Origin: Lama glama
Lineage: Eukaryota
Direction: 5' to 3'
Length of the DNA: 64,000 bases
Assembly: GCA_028534125.1 (NCBI GenBank)
Contig: CM052816.1
Coordinates: forward strand, 99,822,001 to 99,886,000
Of this stretch, positions 12,686-24,489 are shown in pieces. The position numbers and the translations under genes are program-made. Numbering within the stretch: position 1 is the stretch's first letter; each line of letters opens with the position of its first letter. Below the pieces are notes generated by a model. That model ran no database searches. It saw only the letters and a program-made list of their open reading frames with translations, and was not told the DNA's origin.

Positions 12686-13190
12686 TGTTACTGAGTCCAA
12701 ACTCGTCTGCTCACCACATGGCAGGCCGGTGAATCAGGAGATGAGGTGTTGGGGCAAAGAATGACTCTTCTCAGGAAACCAGCAGACCAAGAAGATGAGG
12801 AACTGATGTCCTAGAGAACTACCTTCCCTCGAGTCAGAATTCAGGCTCCTTTTACACCTGGAGCGAGGTTGGTCGGCACTAACTTCTTAGAGTCGGAATC
12901 CTTTGTTCTTGCCGCTGTCCGTGTGGATCAGGTCATGGTGTCCCTGTGAACCCCCGGGAAGACACATGCCATCCTCCTTGCCTACAGCTTCTTATCTCTG
13001 TGCGAATGGGAAGATGTTCCAACCTTAAAGGTCAGGGCTTGGGAAGGGCTCTCCTGGACATTTCGGGCTACAGGCAACTTTCTCTCACAAAAGGTGTGGA
13101 GCCAGCGTGACGGAGCCCAGGAAGCAGAGCGCTGGGAGGAGCTGAGGGAACGGCCCCAACGTGGAGTCAGACTGGTTCTTCCCCGTTTCG
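12686..13190 (-). mobile_element. ERV1-class solo LTR (about 505 bp)
   Basis: Starts TGTTACTGAGTCCAAACTCG and ends GTTTCG (mutated CA). Near-matching 4-bp TSD CTCG/CTGG. The internal blocks GAGATGAGGTGTTGGGGCAA and CCAGCAGACCAAGAAGATG resemble cetartiodactyl ERV1 LTRs. Confidence 0.75.
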
Positions 13191-16100
13191 CTGGTGCTTA
13201 GGGCGGGGGCACTGGTGCTTCACAGGCCTGATTCGGAAAGAGCATTAATTGACCAGCTGGAAAATGGCTTGGATTTCTAATTCTTTCTCCAAAGCTAAAA
13301 CATGTTTTCTTGTGTTTTATGGAGCGTGAGGCATGAATCCTTCTTTATTTTCTATAGGCTGCAAAAGAGTCCACTGGAGGCAGCCCGGGGACCACGCCCC
13401 GGGAGAGGCATACATAGCAGAAGTGGCCAGAGAAGAGCAAAGCCCTGGGGCAACCTAGGGGCCCTGCCCCCAAGGAGTGGTGGGCGGGCACACCTGTGTC
13501 TGTTCAGCACACCTCTCTTTCTGTCTCTCTCCCCAGAAGAGCCGCAGGTTCTAGGACGCGAGGACCGTGCTCCGCTCTGCCTTCACCACGTGAACGGTCC
13601 AGGGGCCAAGCACTGCCGCTGAGGAAGGTGCCCCGGCTCGCCTGCCTGTTTACGCACGGGGGAGAGTACCGATCTTCCTTGCTCAGTGCCTGCCCCTTGC
13701 AGCGGCACCTGTGAGGGTTATGATGCTTTTAGAATGTAGGTTTCCGTGTGTTCTCAGAGAGGAGCTAGGTGCACATCCCGAGAACCCTGTAGACCTGACT
13801 GTCCCTGTTTCTGCAGATGCAGAGACGTAGGCTGTAAGCACACTGATGACAATGAGGTCACAGAACATTTATTTTGCAGCCGATCGTCCCTGCCATGGTT
13901 TCGAGCTCCTGGAAATGAAGTTTCCCGCCTGTGTCTCACGTTGGGTTTTAGTGGCCCTTTCTGCCGTTTCAGGGAAGCTTGGAGACCAGGCATGTCAGCA
14001 TCGCCCTGGCCTCTTCACAAGGGGGACAGAACACAGGACAGGAACCACAGAAGTCGTCCGCTCACTCCCCTGTCCCTGCATTTGGCCATCACAGAAGCGG
14101 CGGGAGCAGGGAGTAGCCGTCAGGAAGCACCGTGGCCTCAGACTCTGCGCAGTGAGAACAGAACCACTCACGGCGTGTGAAGAGCCCAGGGTTCCAAGAT
14201 GCCCCAGGTGGCCCGTTCTCCCCACTAAACCCAAACATATCAAGACAGAGAGACGAGGAAGCACCCACATCAGTGTGTCCAGGATGCAGGGACTTGAGCT
14301 TTGGGGCTCCTGGCCTATGTGCCTCCATGATCACGGGTCCTGGAGCAGAACCCACGAGGGTCTGGCCCTCATGGCACCTTGCCCTGACCCCAGGGCCAGC
14401 CACCTGCTCCCCTCCACCTGCAGTGAGACACTCATCACCCAGACCTCCCTCCGGGTTCTAAGGATTTGTGGACGTGCTGCTGCGAGTGCATGGCCTGTGG
14501 CAGGTAATTGTCCAGCGTTTGCTGCACCAGCCAAGTGTGGAGGGTCAGGAGAATTACTGAAAAGTCAGAAATAAAGGGAATTATATACGAAGTCACAATA
14601 CATGAGAAAGCCCTGGTTTATTAATTTTCTGAAAGGAAAACAATTGAATGAGGAGGGAGAAAGGTCAGGAGTGACCCGGACGCGTGGCCAGTGTGTGCTC
14701 CAGGCTGACCGTCGGGGGTGGGTCTGGGCGGGAGCAAGAGATGCTGTGGGGGACATTCCATCAGCAGCCCCTGACAAATGACAGCCCACGGAATCCATTC
14801 CAATATCTCAAGTCACTGTAAAAATCACCGTTGCTGCAGAAACTTTACACGAAGACTCCATACACACTCAGAAACAGACGGAAAAGGGCCACACCGAAGG
14901 AGTGCGACATTATTGTGGACAGTGCTAAGTGTGCTAAACGGCTCGATTTTTATAATTCATTAAGCATTTAATAGAAGATATTGAGTGGAAGACGGGTATA
15001 ATAAGTTGTATGCATTTCAAATGATAAAAAGGGGCCAACTGTGCACTTTCAAACTGTGATGCTTGTGAGTGAGGTCATGAGGAGAATCAGAGGAAATCGG
15101 CGTTATTCGGCCGTGGAAGGATGCACAGAACGGCCAGTTCAGCATCTAGTTTCGAAGAGAGAAGTCTAACCCTCAAACCAGGACACGTCTCCAAGACGCA
15201 AAGGTAACTCAAGAGGGAGTCTTCCAGAACCAAAATTTGTTTTAAATTATGTAGAAAATATGGCCGTGCTCCGGTAGCTTTTCAGAGGGCGAGTATGTGC
15301 TGCCCGGATGTTTTTGGCAGGAAGGACGGACAGAGGCCCTCAGCGAGGGGCTAGGTAAACCCTCTTCTTCTCCATCAGAAAAGCACCGTTCAGAGCCGGC
15401 TCCGGCTCGGGGCCCCCCCTCCCGCCGGGACACTGCTCGCCTACGGGCCACGCTATCTGTGTGCGCTTTCCCACCGGTTTAAAATACCAAATGCTATCTC
15501 GACGTACAGCATAAATATCAACAATATTTTTTAAGAATGAAGACTTTCAATAAAAAGCCTTTGCAGGTGTTTGTGTATCTTTAGACCCAAAGGAATCAGA
15601 TTGGCTTCTCCCCCTTTGAGTATTTAGAACATTTTCAGTCATGACACAGGCCAGGCCTGAAACCTTGCTAGTGCGACCTCCGCCTCAGGGCGGGACTGTG
15701 ACGAGGACCGAGGTGTCCCTTTCTTCTGGCACCCGTGCCCCCAGCCCACATTCCACCGGAGCTATTAGTCAAAGTAATAGTTTATTTTTTCACCAGAAAA
15801 ATAAACGGAGATGCACTCAGCACGGCAGCTGGCCGAGCCGCATGCGGCTTTGTTTGACGGCTCTGACGGAGAAAAATCGTCCCGTGATGGGCGAGGGGTC
15901 TGAGGCACTCTCGCCCGCACAGCATCCGTTTGCCAGAATTACAGGGCACTGCCACCGGCGGGACCACCAAGGGCTATGTGGGGACGGAAGGGCCGGCGGC
16001 CACCAGGGACCAAGGTGCCTTCCCCGGGAAGCGGGGTCACCATCTTCAAACCAGGGAGGAGGTGGCTGGCTGAGTTTTCTTCAGGTCACACGTAAACGAG

Positions 16101-17949
16101 AAAAAGACGGGCTAAGTCACGGCCGTGACAAAGCCTCAGCAGCCCCTAGGGTTTCAAGCTGGCCTTGTCCTGTTCATCCTTAAACAAAGCCCTCCTAAGC
16201 CTCGGCTCAACTCGGGACCCAGGCGCCCACTGTTCGGAGCGCAGGCAGCGTGGGAGGATGGCGAGGATCAAACTGCTTTACGCCCTGCTCGGTGATGTTG
16301 CCCGTCCTTCCTCGGAGTCTCGGCAGGTCCAACGTGGCACTTCTTGCAAGAATTTGATTTCAAATCAATTTCTTGCAAGCGAGGCCACCTCATGCACCTC
16401 TCTCTCCCCCAGCCCTGCTCGTCCTCCCTCAGCATCTCCTTGCTTCCCCTGAGACGTAGCCCACTGCTGCCCCCTCCAAGCTGGGGTCTCCAGGGAGTCA
16501 GAGGATGGAAGGCTCCTGCCCCGGGTCCGGACAGCCCCCGCCCCTCCCGGCAAGGCCGCCCTGGTCCACGCACCTTCCCCAGAGCGAGCCCCGCTCTTCC
16601 CGAGACAGGTCGCCAGTGATGTCACCTGGGGGCTTGTGGGCACCACCTGGCCCCCGAGCCCTGTCTCATCAGGAAAAGAAGCTGTTGTCCTCCCCGAGCA
16701 CTGAATTCTGAGTCCTCTTCTGCACCCTCCTCCAGGGCCTCAGCCACCTGGAAGCCGGGCTGCAGGGCAGAGCTGCCCACGGGCACCCGGACCCCCCCCA
16801 CCAACCTCCCAGCAACCGAAGCACAGATACAGCAGGATGAACAGGAATTCTTCCCTGACTGGCTGTAGGACAGGCCCAAGCTGCGGACAGAAGCAGGAGG
16901 GAGAGAGAGAAAATGGAGGAAACACAGTGTCAAGTCTCAACGCGACTTCCCCGGGTCCACGGGGCCAGCTACTGTGGCATCTGCAGACGCTTCAGGCTGC
17001 TCACGGGCCGGACGCCCACTCCAGAACCGGGTCACCAGGACGGACCCATCCCGGCCGGGCCCCCGAGCGTGATGGCACAGACAGGCCGCTGCTAAGCCAC
17101 GTCTGGGGTTCCCAGGCACCTCGCCCCGCAGGCCCCTTGTGCACCGTCAGACAAACAAAAACGGAATGCGCCTGCTTTTCTGTGGGCATCTCCGAGTGAC
17201 GGGCACCATGGTGCTTCAGGGAACATAACCGCTTTCAGTAAAAGAAAAAAGGCTTCCTCAAGATTATGCATCTTCAAAATTAAAATATGCACAGATATGA
17301 ATTAAGTGAGGGACTCAGTTCATTACGAAATAAAGTTGTGCAGGGGCATATTGGGGTCGGTGAGAGCGTTCAAGCCTCTGGGTGAAATGAGAGGAAATGA
17401 CAATGAATGGTCACTCAGCAGTGCGGGGCCTGAGAACGCGTTCCCCCTTGGTGAGAACTGATGCCCTTCCCTCCTGGTTCCCCTCTGCCTGCACACCCCG
17501 CACCACTGATGGGTCTTGATCCCACCTCCACCTCAGGGGCCAAGGGCTCGAGTGATGCCTTTGGCCTTTTTGTGACTGATTTAAGGTCAGAGCCACTGTA
17601 AGGGTCCCCAGGACCCTGAAAGCCACTCCTGGTCCAGCTCCCGTCGGCCCCTCCTGGGAGCTGGGGGACCAGAGCCACTGCGTCCGAGCTGGTGAGGGCT
17701 GAGAGGTGGCGTGGGTGCTGTCGCCCAGGGTGGCACTCGTCCCGCGCTGACCCTGGAACCAGTGCCGTGGGGTTGGGGAACCACAGGCAGGCCGGCCTTG
17801 GGGCTTCCTGAGAGTCCGGGCAGGCACCAGGCGCTCACCCTCCATCAGAGAAGTGAAGGCTTAAGTGCTTTTGTGTTTAGTCATTTATAAATAGTCTATG
17901 CTATAATATTTCTAAACACATTGGGGAGTGTTTAGCTTTTCCCAGAGTG

Positions 17950-18650
17950 ACAGGGGACCCGGGACTGCCCGCGTGGCGGCCTGCGCTCCCACGGAGGGCA
18001 CACAGGCCATCAGGATGACTCGGAGCGCGGGGTTCCCACCGAGAGCTCTTCTGCCCCCAGACTCCCACTTCAGAGCCCGGCCGCGGGCTCCGGGTGTCCA
18101 TCTGTGATGACCGTCCCGAGGGGGTGGCCCAGGCGGTCTGCTGCCACCCTGTTCACAGGGCCGACCCCACTGCACACCCCCCGCCCACGCCCCCCCGCCG
18201 CCGCCCCTCCGCGGGCCCCACACTGCCGCCAAAGCCCGGCAGAAAACGCACCAGGTTCAGTAAGAAGTCACGGAGTCGCAGGAGAGAGAAAGGAACGCCC
18301 TCCTCGCGCCCTGCAAAGCGTGTCTGAAAGTGAGAGAAAGACGCTTCCTCCGCATCCTGACGGAGGCTGCAGAGCCTGCCGGAGGTGCTCCGGCCTGGGT
18401 GAGCAGGGCTGACCGCAGTGTGTGCAGAGCCCGCAGGAGGGCCGCTTGGAAATCACGGGGTGGCACGCCCCCCGTCTCGAACGAAGCGCCTTCTTTGTGT
18501 TGTGATAATTGCCACACTCCCCTCGCTTCCGTGAAGAAACAATGCCGCCCGCATGAGGGTGGAAGCTGCACGGGGATGCTCGTCTGAACAATTACGCCAT
18601 CCTTGAACGTATTAAGGCGCAATTAGGGAGGCGGGGATGTTTCCAGAGTG
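17950..18650. promoter_or_regulatory. CpG-island-like segment with a C-rich tract (G4 potential on the minus strand)
   Basis: Dense CpG; CACCCCCCGCCCACGCCCCCCCGCCGCCGCCCCTCC at about 18175-18210. Confidence 0.55.
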
Positions 18651-19484
18651 CTGGCTGCTAATATTTCCTGAGTAATTTCTTTAAAATGTTTTTTTCTCTT
18701 ATTATGCCTTCCTATCACTTCTATAATTATTTTAATTGTCATTTCTAGAGGCTGTTTTGCAGCCAAGGCTGGAAGTAGGGATTTACAAACGCAGAGCCAC
18801 TCGCTGAGGTGAACACGGCCACCGTCCTGAGCCACCTGTGCCCCCAGCGAATGGGTGGCTCAACGAGTCCCCAGAAGAGACGCTTTGTGGTGCAGGGCTT
18901 CAGCCTGCCCCCTCTGTTTCTGATCATAAACACAAAGTGCCTGGTAATGTACAAGTTACAGCCCATTAGAAAAAAAAAAGGCTTTAATTTCAGAACAAAA
19001 ATTCACCTTGCGTGCTTATCTAATGGTGAGGAGGGGAGGAACACCACGATGTCCAGGTCTGTTAAGGAGCGAATTCAGTCTTTAAAACCTTTGCCTGAGG
19101 GGAACCTGTCCTGTTCTTACCACTGTCGGGGTAGCTACTGTCGAGAGCGAGTTTCTGTAAACCAAAGGGCAGCTGCCGAAATAAAACTCACACCTAAGAC
19201 CAACTTCTTGAAGGAAAACAGAGCATTCTGTGGGCATTTCTGTACTATGCGCCTGTCATTTTAATACCTTGTTCATTCATTTTAAATCTTCAATGAGGAG
19301 GACTTTGTCACTCCGGAAAAGCAAAGAGACCCCTTATGGCTGGGTGGCTGGATTCGGTGCAGCGCCTCTCTTCCCTCCCTTCCTCTCCTCCCAAGGGAAC
19401 AACCCTGTCCCAGAGAACACGAGACACGCTCTCCAGAAAGCCCCCTGTCCTGCCCTCTGCCAGGAAGGATTTCAAATGTGTCAG

Positions 19485-20206
19485 ACAAAACGCAAAGTCA
19501 GTAGAAGGAAGGGAATCGTAAAGGCCAGAGCAGAAATATGTGACATAGAGACTAAAGGGGAAAAATAGAAAAGATCAGTGAAACTAAAAGCTGGTTCTTT
19601 GAAAAGATAAACGAAACTGATAAACCTTTAGCCAGACTCATCAGGATAAGAAAAAAAGAAAGAGAGGCCCCAGATCGATAAAATCAGAAACGAAAAAAGA
19701 GAAGTTACAACTGACACCACAGAAACACAAAGGATCGCTGCCAGAAACTGCCCGAAAAAGGACAGCTTGCCAGTAAAAAGGACGACGTGAGAGAACGGAC
19801 AAGTCCTTGGAGAGGTGCGCTCTCCCCAGACTGAACCAGGAAGACACCGAAACTACAAACAGACCAGTGACCAGGACTGAAATTCAAACACTAATTTACA
19901 GGCTCCCAACAAACAAAAGCCCAGGACCAAATGGCTTCACAGGCGAATTTTGCCAAACGTTTAGAGAAGAGTTAACACCTATCCTTTTGAAACTCTTCCA
20001 AAAAATTGCAGAGGAAGGAGCACCCCCAAACTCATTCTATGAGGCCGCCATCATCCTGATACCAAAACCTGGCAAAGATATCACACAAAAAAATAGGACA
20101 TCACAGACCAATGTCACCGATGAACACTGACGCAAAACTCCTCAGCAGACTGCTTGCAAACTGAACCCAGCAACACGCTGAAAGCACTGTGCACCGTGAC
20201 CAAGTG
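19485..20206 (+). mobile_element. Internal L1 ORF2 fragment (Z domain to start of RT), disrupted
   Basis: Translates to LPRLNQE..NRP..TEI...[55 protein letters not shown], then [19 protein letters not shown]....HRDQV. These are canonical L1 ORF2 motifs, with a frameshift and a stop. Confidence 0.95.
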
Positions 20207-21119
20207 TGTCCAAACACAGCCTCCCGGCCTCGCTTTTCGGGACAGTTGGTTCCAAGCCGCACCCATGTCTGGGGCCCTGAGGGTGCCACCCTTGGGACGT
20301 GGGCTGTCGACAGGGCACCTGACTCAGAGGCAGAGCTGGCTGCCGGGGCCGCAGCCCTGAGGGGGCCCTTTCCAGGCCTCAGCGCCAGGCCGTCTCCAGC
20401 CTTTCCTTGTCTCCTCTCGGGGGTCCCCGGCTTCTTCCGCCTCCCCCTCCCTCTGCATACCCCTCTTCTGTCCCCACATGGGACACACCTGTCGTCCTTT
20501 TCTCTTCCAGTTGTTTTTCTCCATCTTTTCTTCTCCCTGCCCTTCCATCATTCGGGAAAAGACCATGATTGGAGAGAGGTGAGTAACAGCTGACCTAAAA
20601 CCCAGACTACAGCTGGTGCTTATGGCGGCCTCCTTTAGGAAGAAGTCAATCAACGAGAGGGTAGTAACTGTCCCGGCTTCCACGCGTGGAGCACCTGGGT
20701 CCTCCCAGACACTCTGTGAGGATTTGCCCATAATTCAGTTCGAAATGCCCCTTGCACAACCTGGAACCCAGGACTCCGTGAAGCCCAGCGGCCGCGTAAC
20801 ACGGGCAGGAGCCGGAGTCGTCCAGCTCCAAGGCAAGTCGTGCAGTTTTCACGGCAATTCCCTCATTGCAGTGGCATCTCTACCAGGTTTTAAATTCTTT
20901 AAGAGCAAGGCTTTTTCTTACTTACATCTTCTACTTACATTCTTGTTTGTGTAGAGAGGTAGAGTGTGTTTTCTCGGGAGTTCTGCGAAGTTTTCACCTT
21001 TTCAAATAAAAGGAAATCTTCACTATTTCACCCTCTTGCTTTGACTTTGGAACTAACAGTGTGGGGATGAAAAGGATCAGGTTATTCCACTTGAAGACGT
21101 TTGCTCATCCCAAAGCAGA

Positions 21120-22030
21120 CGCAGCGACATAGTTACTGCCGGGGATGACACACAGTGAGCCGCCCTCAGAGGCGTGTCCTGCGGGGCGGCCTTCCTGACT
21201 CCGAGGAGGGGAGCTTGCTGGGACAGTCGTTTCCAGGGGAATCACCTGATGAAAAGTGTACGCACTGGAGTCCGGGGGACTCGCAAGCGGATGTCCCGGA
21301 GATGACCGAACTGCAGCAGGCAGCCTGCCCCCAGCCAGCGGTACGGGAGGGCCGATCTGCCCCGGGGGGAGAGGCCGGCCCACGGCAGCCTGTGCGGGGG
21401 CGGGGGTGCGGCCGTCCGGCCTGCGCTGTGTCCCGGCGAGGCTACTGCGCGCACACCACCGAGCGCCGGCTTCACGGCAACTCCAAGCAGAGAGCAGCGC
21501 TACGGCCCCGCGTCAGACGGGCGTTTGGGCTTTGGCAGCTTAACTCGCCCAGTGACGGAACCAAATGCTGACGCTCGACTCTGTGCCCTGCTGACCCCAG
21601 ATCTGCCCTCTGAGCTACACCGCTCAGCAGCTTGATGTGTGGCGGTGCAGACAGAGGTTGAGTCTGAAACAAACAAACAAAAGCCAAGTAACTCGGCCAG
21701 GCTGGTGGTTTCATGTCACAGGATAAGAACCGGCCGCGCGGCGACGCGTCAGGCCACTCAGCTGTTTGACGGACGCGGTCTGAGTGCAGCCTCTCGGTCA
21801 CATCATCCTTCTCTGGGCTCAGCAGAAGGCAGAAAGGAGGAGCAGGAGACGAGCAAGCATGGATAAATGCACCCAAACAGAAGAGAGGCAGCGCAGGGAG
21901 AAGCCGGAGAAGAACCGAACGCCTCTGCGTCCATTTCCAGTAGTTTCCAAACCGTGGTAAAGGGTCTTCCCGCGGGTCCCGCCGTCCCCCAGTTACCAGC
22001 GTGGCCGCGCGCATAACCGAAAGCATGTGA
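21120..22030. promoter_or_regulatory. CpG-island-like segment, possible promoter
   Basis: High CpG density, GC boxes (GCGGGGGCGGGGG at about 21394) and CCGGCCGCGCGGCGACGCG at about 21730. Confidence 0.6.
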
Positions 22031-23309
22031 CCAGCTTTCCTAACACCCCTCCCCTCGTCACCAGCCTCACTTTGCCTTTGCTAAGGATACATCGATTTAT
22101 CCTAAAGTAACAGAAATCTAAAAAGAATGCAGCATTGCGTAGCTCTAGTCAGGAAGTTCACCAGCTGGCAACCACATAATAAGAGCCATGTGGTGACGCC
22201 GGGGGACAAAATCATAATCACTGACTGTGACTGGTGATGTCAGAACTCTCCTGTATGTGGCTGTTTCTTTCAGCATCTTGTCGCCTATGCACATATCCGA
22301 AAGTATTCAGACACTTGGCTCAATCGACAAGTCCTATGACATCTAGATAAAAGTCAATAAACAATTTTGAGCGGTTGAGGCAACTCAGAGAATTGACAGA
22401 TGAAGAAAAATGGCCTTTGCTTTATTTTGACCCTATTTTCTTGTTTTTAAAATTTGACTTATTTTTATTTTTCTCATTATTTGTATTATTTATTTTATTA
22501 TTTTATTTTTTAATTCTGACCTTACCCACTCGTCCTCATCTTTCATATGCCTACCAGGTTAATCCTCCTAAAACGCCCCCATCATGCTGCTCCCGCTTTG
22601 AAGCCCTCAGTCCTGCTCTTCTCCCAGCGCCCCCGATGCAGAGAAAGCCCTTTAAAGATGCTCAGGTGCCCTTTCTTTCCCTGACCTGGAATCACAGGAC
22701 AGGTCCTCCTCTGGTTCTGCCAGGGCATAGCATGAACTGTTGCCTTTGTCTGCTACACCTCTGAGCCTCCATTCTCTCGTAAGTCCAGTGTAGTGACGTG
22801 ACCCTTGGACACATCTCAGGATGCCGGGAGAACGCACTGAAACAGCTCTGGCCCAGCTCAGCATCATCCAGTGCCCGCCGAGGGCGGGTCTCGGTGCGGG
22901 GGAGGGGGAGGGACCAGGCGCGGCTCCGGTGGAGCTCGCCTTTTGTTGCAAAGGCTGATGACCAAGGGCGCAGAAGTCGGGTGGTGACAGTGTGACTGCG
23001 GGGGAGGCAGGGGAGGCCATTTCAAGCAGGCGGGTGGGGATGCCGGTCTCCAGGGAGGTGAGGTTTGAGCACAGACCCGGGTGAGGCCTGGGAAGGAGCC
23101 CCCGCGCGTATTCGAGGGAAGCACCTTTCTGGCAGAGGGAGGAGCCAGTGCGAACGTCCCACGAGGGGGCCCTCTATCATTAAAGGCAAAGCCCGCCTCC
23201 AGTCATTTCACGGCACTCGGGGTAACTGGGCTGTACCCGGGGTTCATGTGTAAGTCTGGCTGTTTATTTAGTAAAATGTACTAGAAGCAGCGCTTATAAA
23301 GCCACATGC

Positions 23310-23793
23310 TTGTCACTGACATCACCAGTGTCTTCCATTTTTTTCTTAATTTGCCCAATCACATATCCGTGCATAAGAATTCCCTTTTTTTTAATATCCT
23401 GAATATTCAAAAATGTGAGTTTTCCCCAGTGTGGTAGGCAGCCCACGGCTGCTACTTACACGTGCACTTGTGTTTTGCCTGCTGGTGAGACTGAAGAGTT
23501 CGCTTGCGTGTCGTCTTAGCTCTTTGCACGTCTCCTTTTGCAAATTGAGTATTCACAGCCTTCTTAGTTTTTCAGGCACCTTTCTTATTAATTTTATGGG
23601 CTGTATATGTTAAAAAATGTTTAACTTCATTTGTGATATTTCCTGATTTGACATGTGCCTTTTAATTTTTATGGATTTTGGACAAAGAAAAATTTACAAT
23701 TTTTTGTTGGTGTGAAACCTCAGGCTCTCTTTCTCCTTAAGGTTTATTTATTTTTCCACTTTACAATCGACAATGGCTTTAACAAACCCTCCT

Positions 23794-23833
<40 letters not shown>

Positions 23834-23990
23834 TTAGGGGTTCCAGTATTGAAGCTGAATACTACTCCTCTGTAATTTCTGTGTCTGTATTTAGGAATGT
23901 GGATGGGCAACTGCTACCGTCTTCGCTGTTTTCCGGTCCATCCATCTCCCCACGTCTGTCGTCAGCTAGTCTCTCTGTGCTTTTGCAGCA
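23310..23990 (-). mobile_element. Ancient L1M fragment
   Basis: T-rich sequence with motifs like TCTCCTTTTGCAAATTGAGTATTCACAGCCTT, resembling antisense L1 ORF2 3' region. Very diverged. Confidence 0.5.
23796..23831. repeat. (CA)n microsatellite
   Basis: Perfect run of about 18 CA units. Confidence 0.97.
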
Positions 23991-24164
23991 GAGATGGATC
24001 TTACAGCATCCGCCCCAGGAGTTTTAAACTGAAACCGCCATTGCTACAATCTCTTCATCATACAAATCGAAGACAGTGAGACTCGGGGAACATTAGCAAG
24101 TTTCTAGCCCTGTGGTGTTTCATTCTCATACAGCCATGGCCCTGGGGATGGTGCCGGGAGGAGC

Positions 24165-24489
24165 TCAGGGCTGGTGCCCAGGGCTCCCGGGCCGGTCGTC
24201 CTCGGGGGTCCAGCCCGCAGATGACCCTGGGGTGAGGCGCCTTCCCAGGGCATCCTCAGTGGCTACAACTTCTTTGTCTGATGGTATCTTTTTCAGAGCA
24301 TCAAGAGGATCTTGACAGAACTCCTGCCTCTGAAAATGATGCTGAGAAATGGCTGAGAAATGGCCGTTGGAAGCTCCCTCTCCATCACTCGCTTCTGAAG
24401 GTTTGAGGTGTCGCAATGCCTTTGAAATCAAATGCCTCCCAACAAGGAGGGCTCGCTGATCTGAGGGCGCCTGCTCCAGCGTTTGATGG
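24165..24489 (-). other. Candidate terminal exon with a 108-codon open frame (unidentified)
   Basis: Polypyrimidine tract plus AG (TCCTTCCCTCTCCCTGTCAAG|) leads into a stop-free frame, HQTLEQAPSDQRALL...QEFCQDPLDALKKIPSDKEVVATED...PGHQP*. AATAAA lies on the minus strand at 23743-23748. No homology recognised. Confidence 0.2.

Noticed and set aside
13995..14270. LILR/leukocyte-receptor-like signal peptide (MWVLPRLSVLICLGL)
   Set aside because: No consensus splice donor after the CLG codons and no Ig-domain exons downstream; chance resemblance.
19807..20130. Functional reverse transcriptase gene
   Set aside because: Short internal L1 ORF2 fragment with a frameshift and stop, ending before the catalytic RT motifs.
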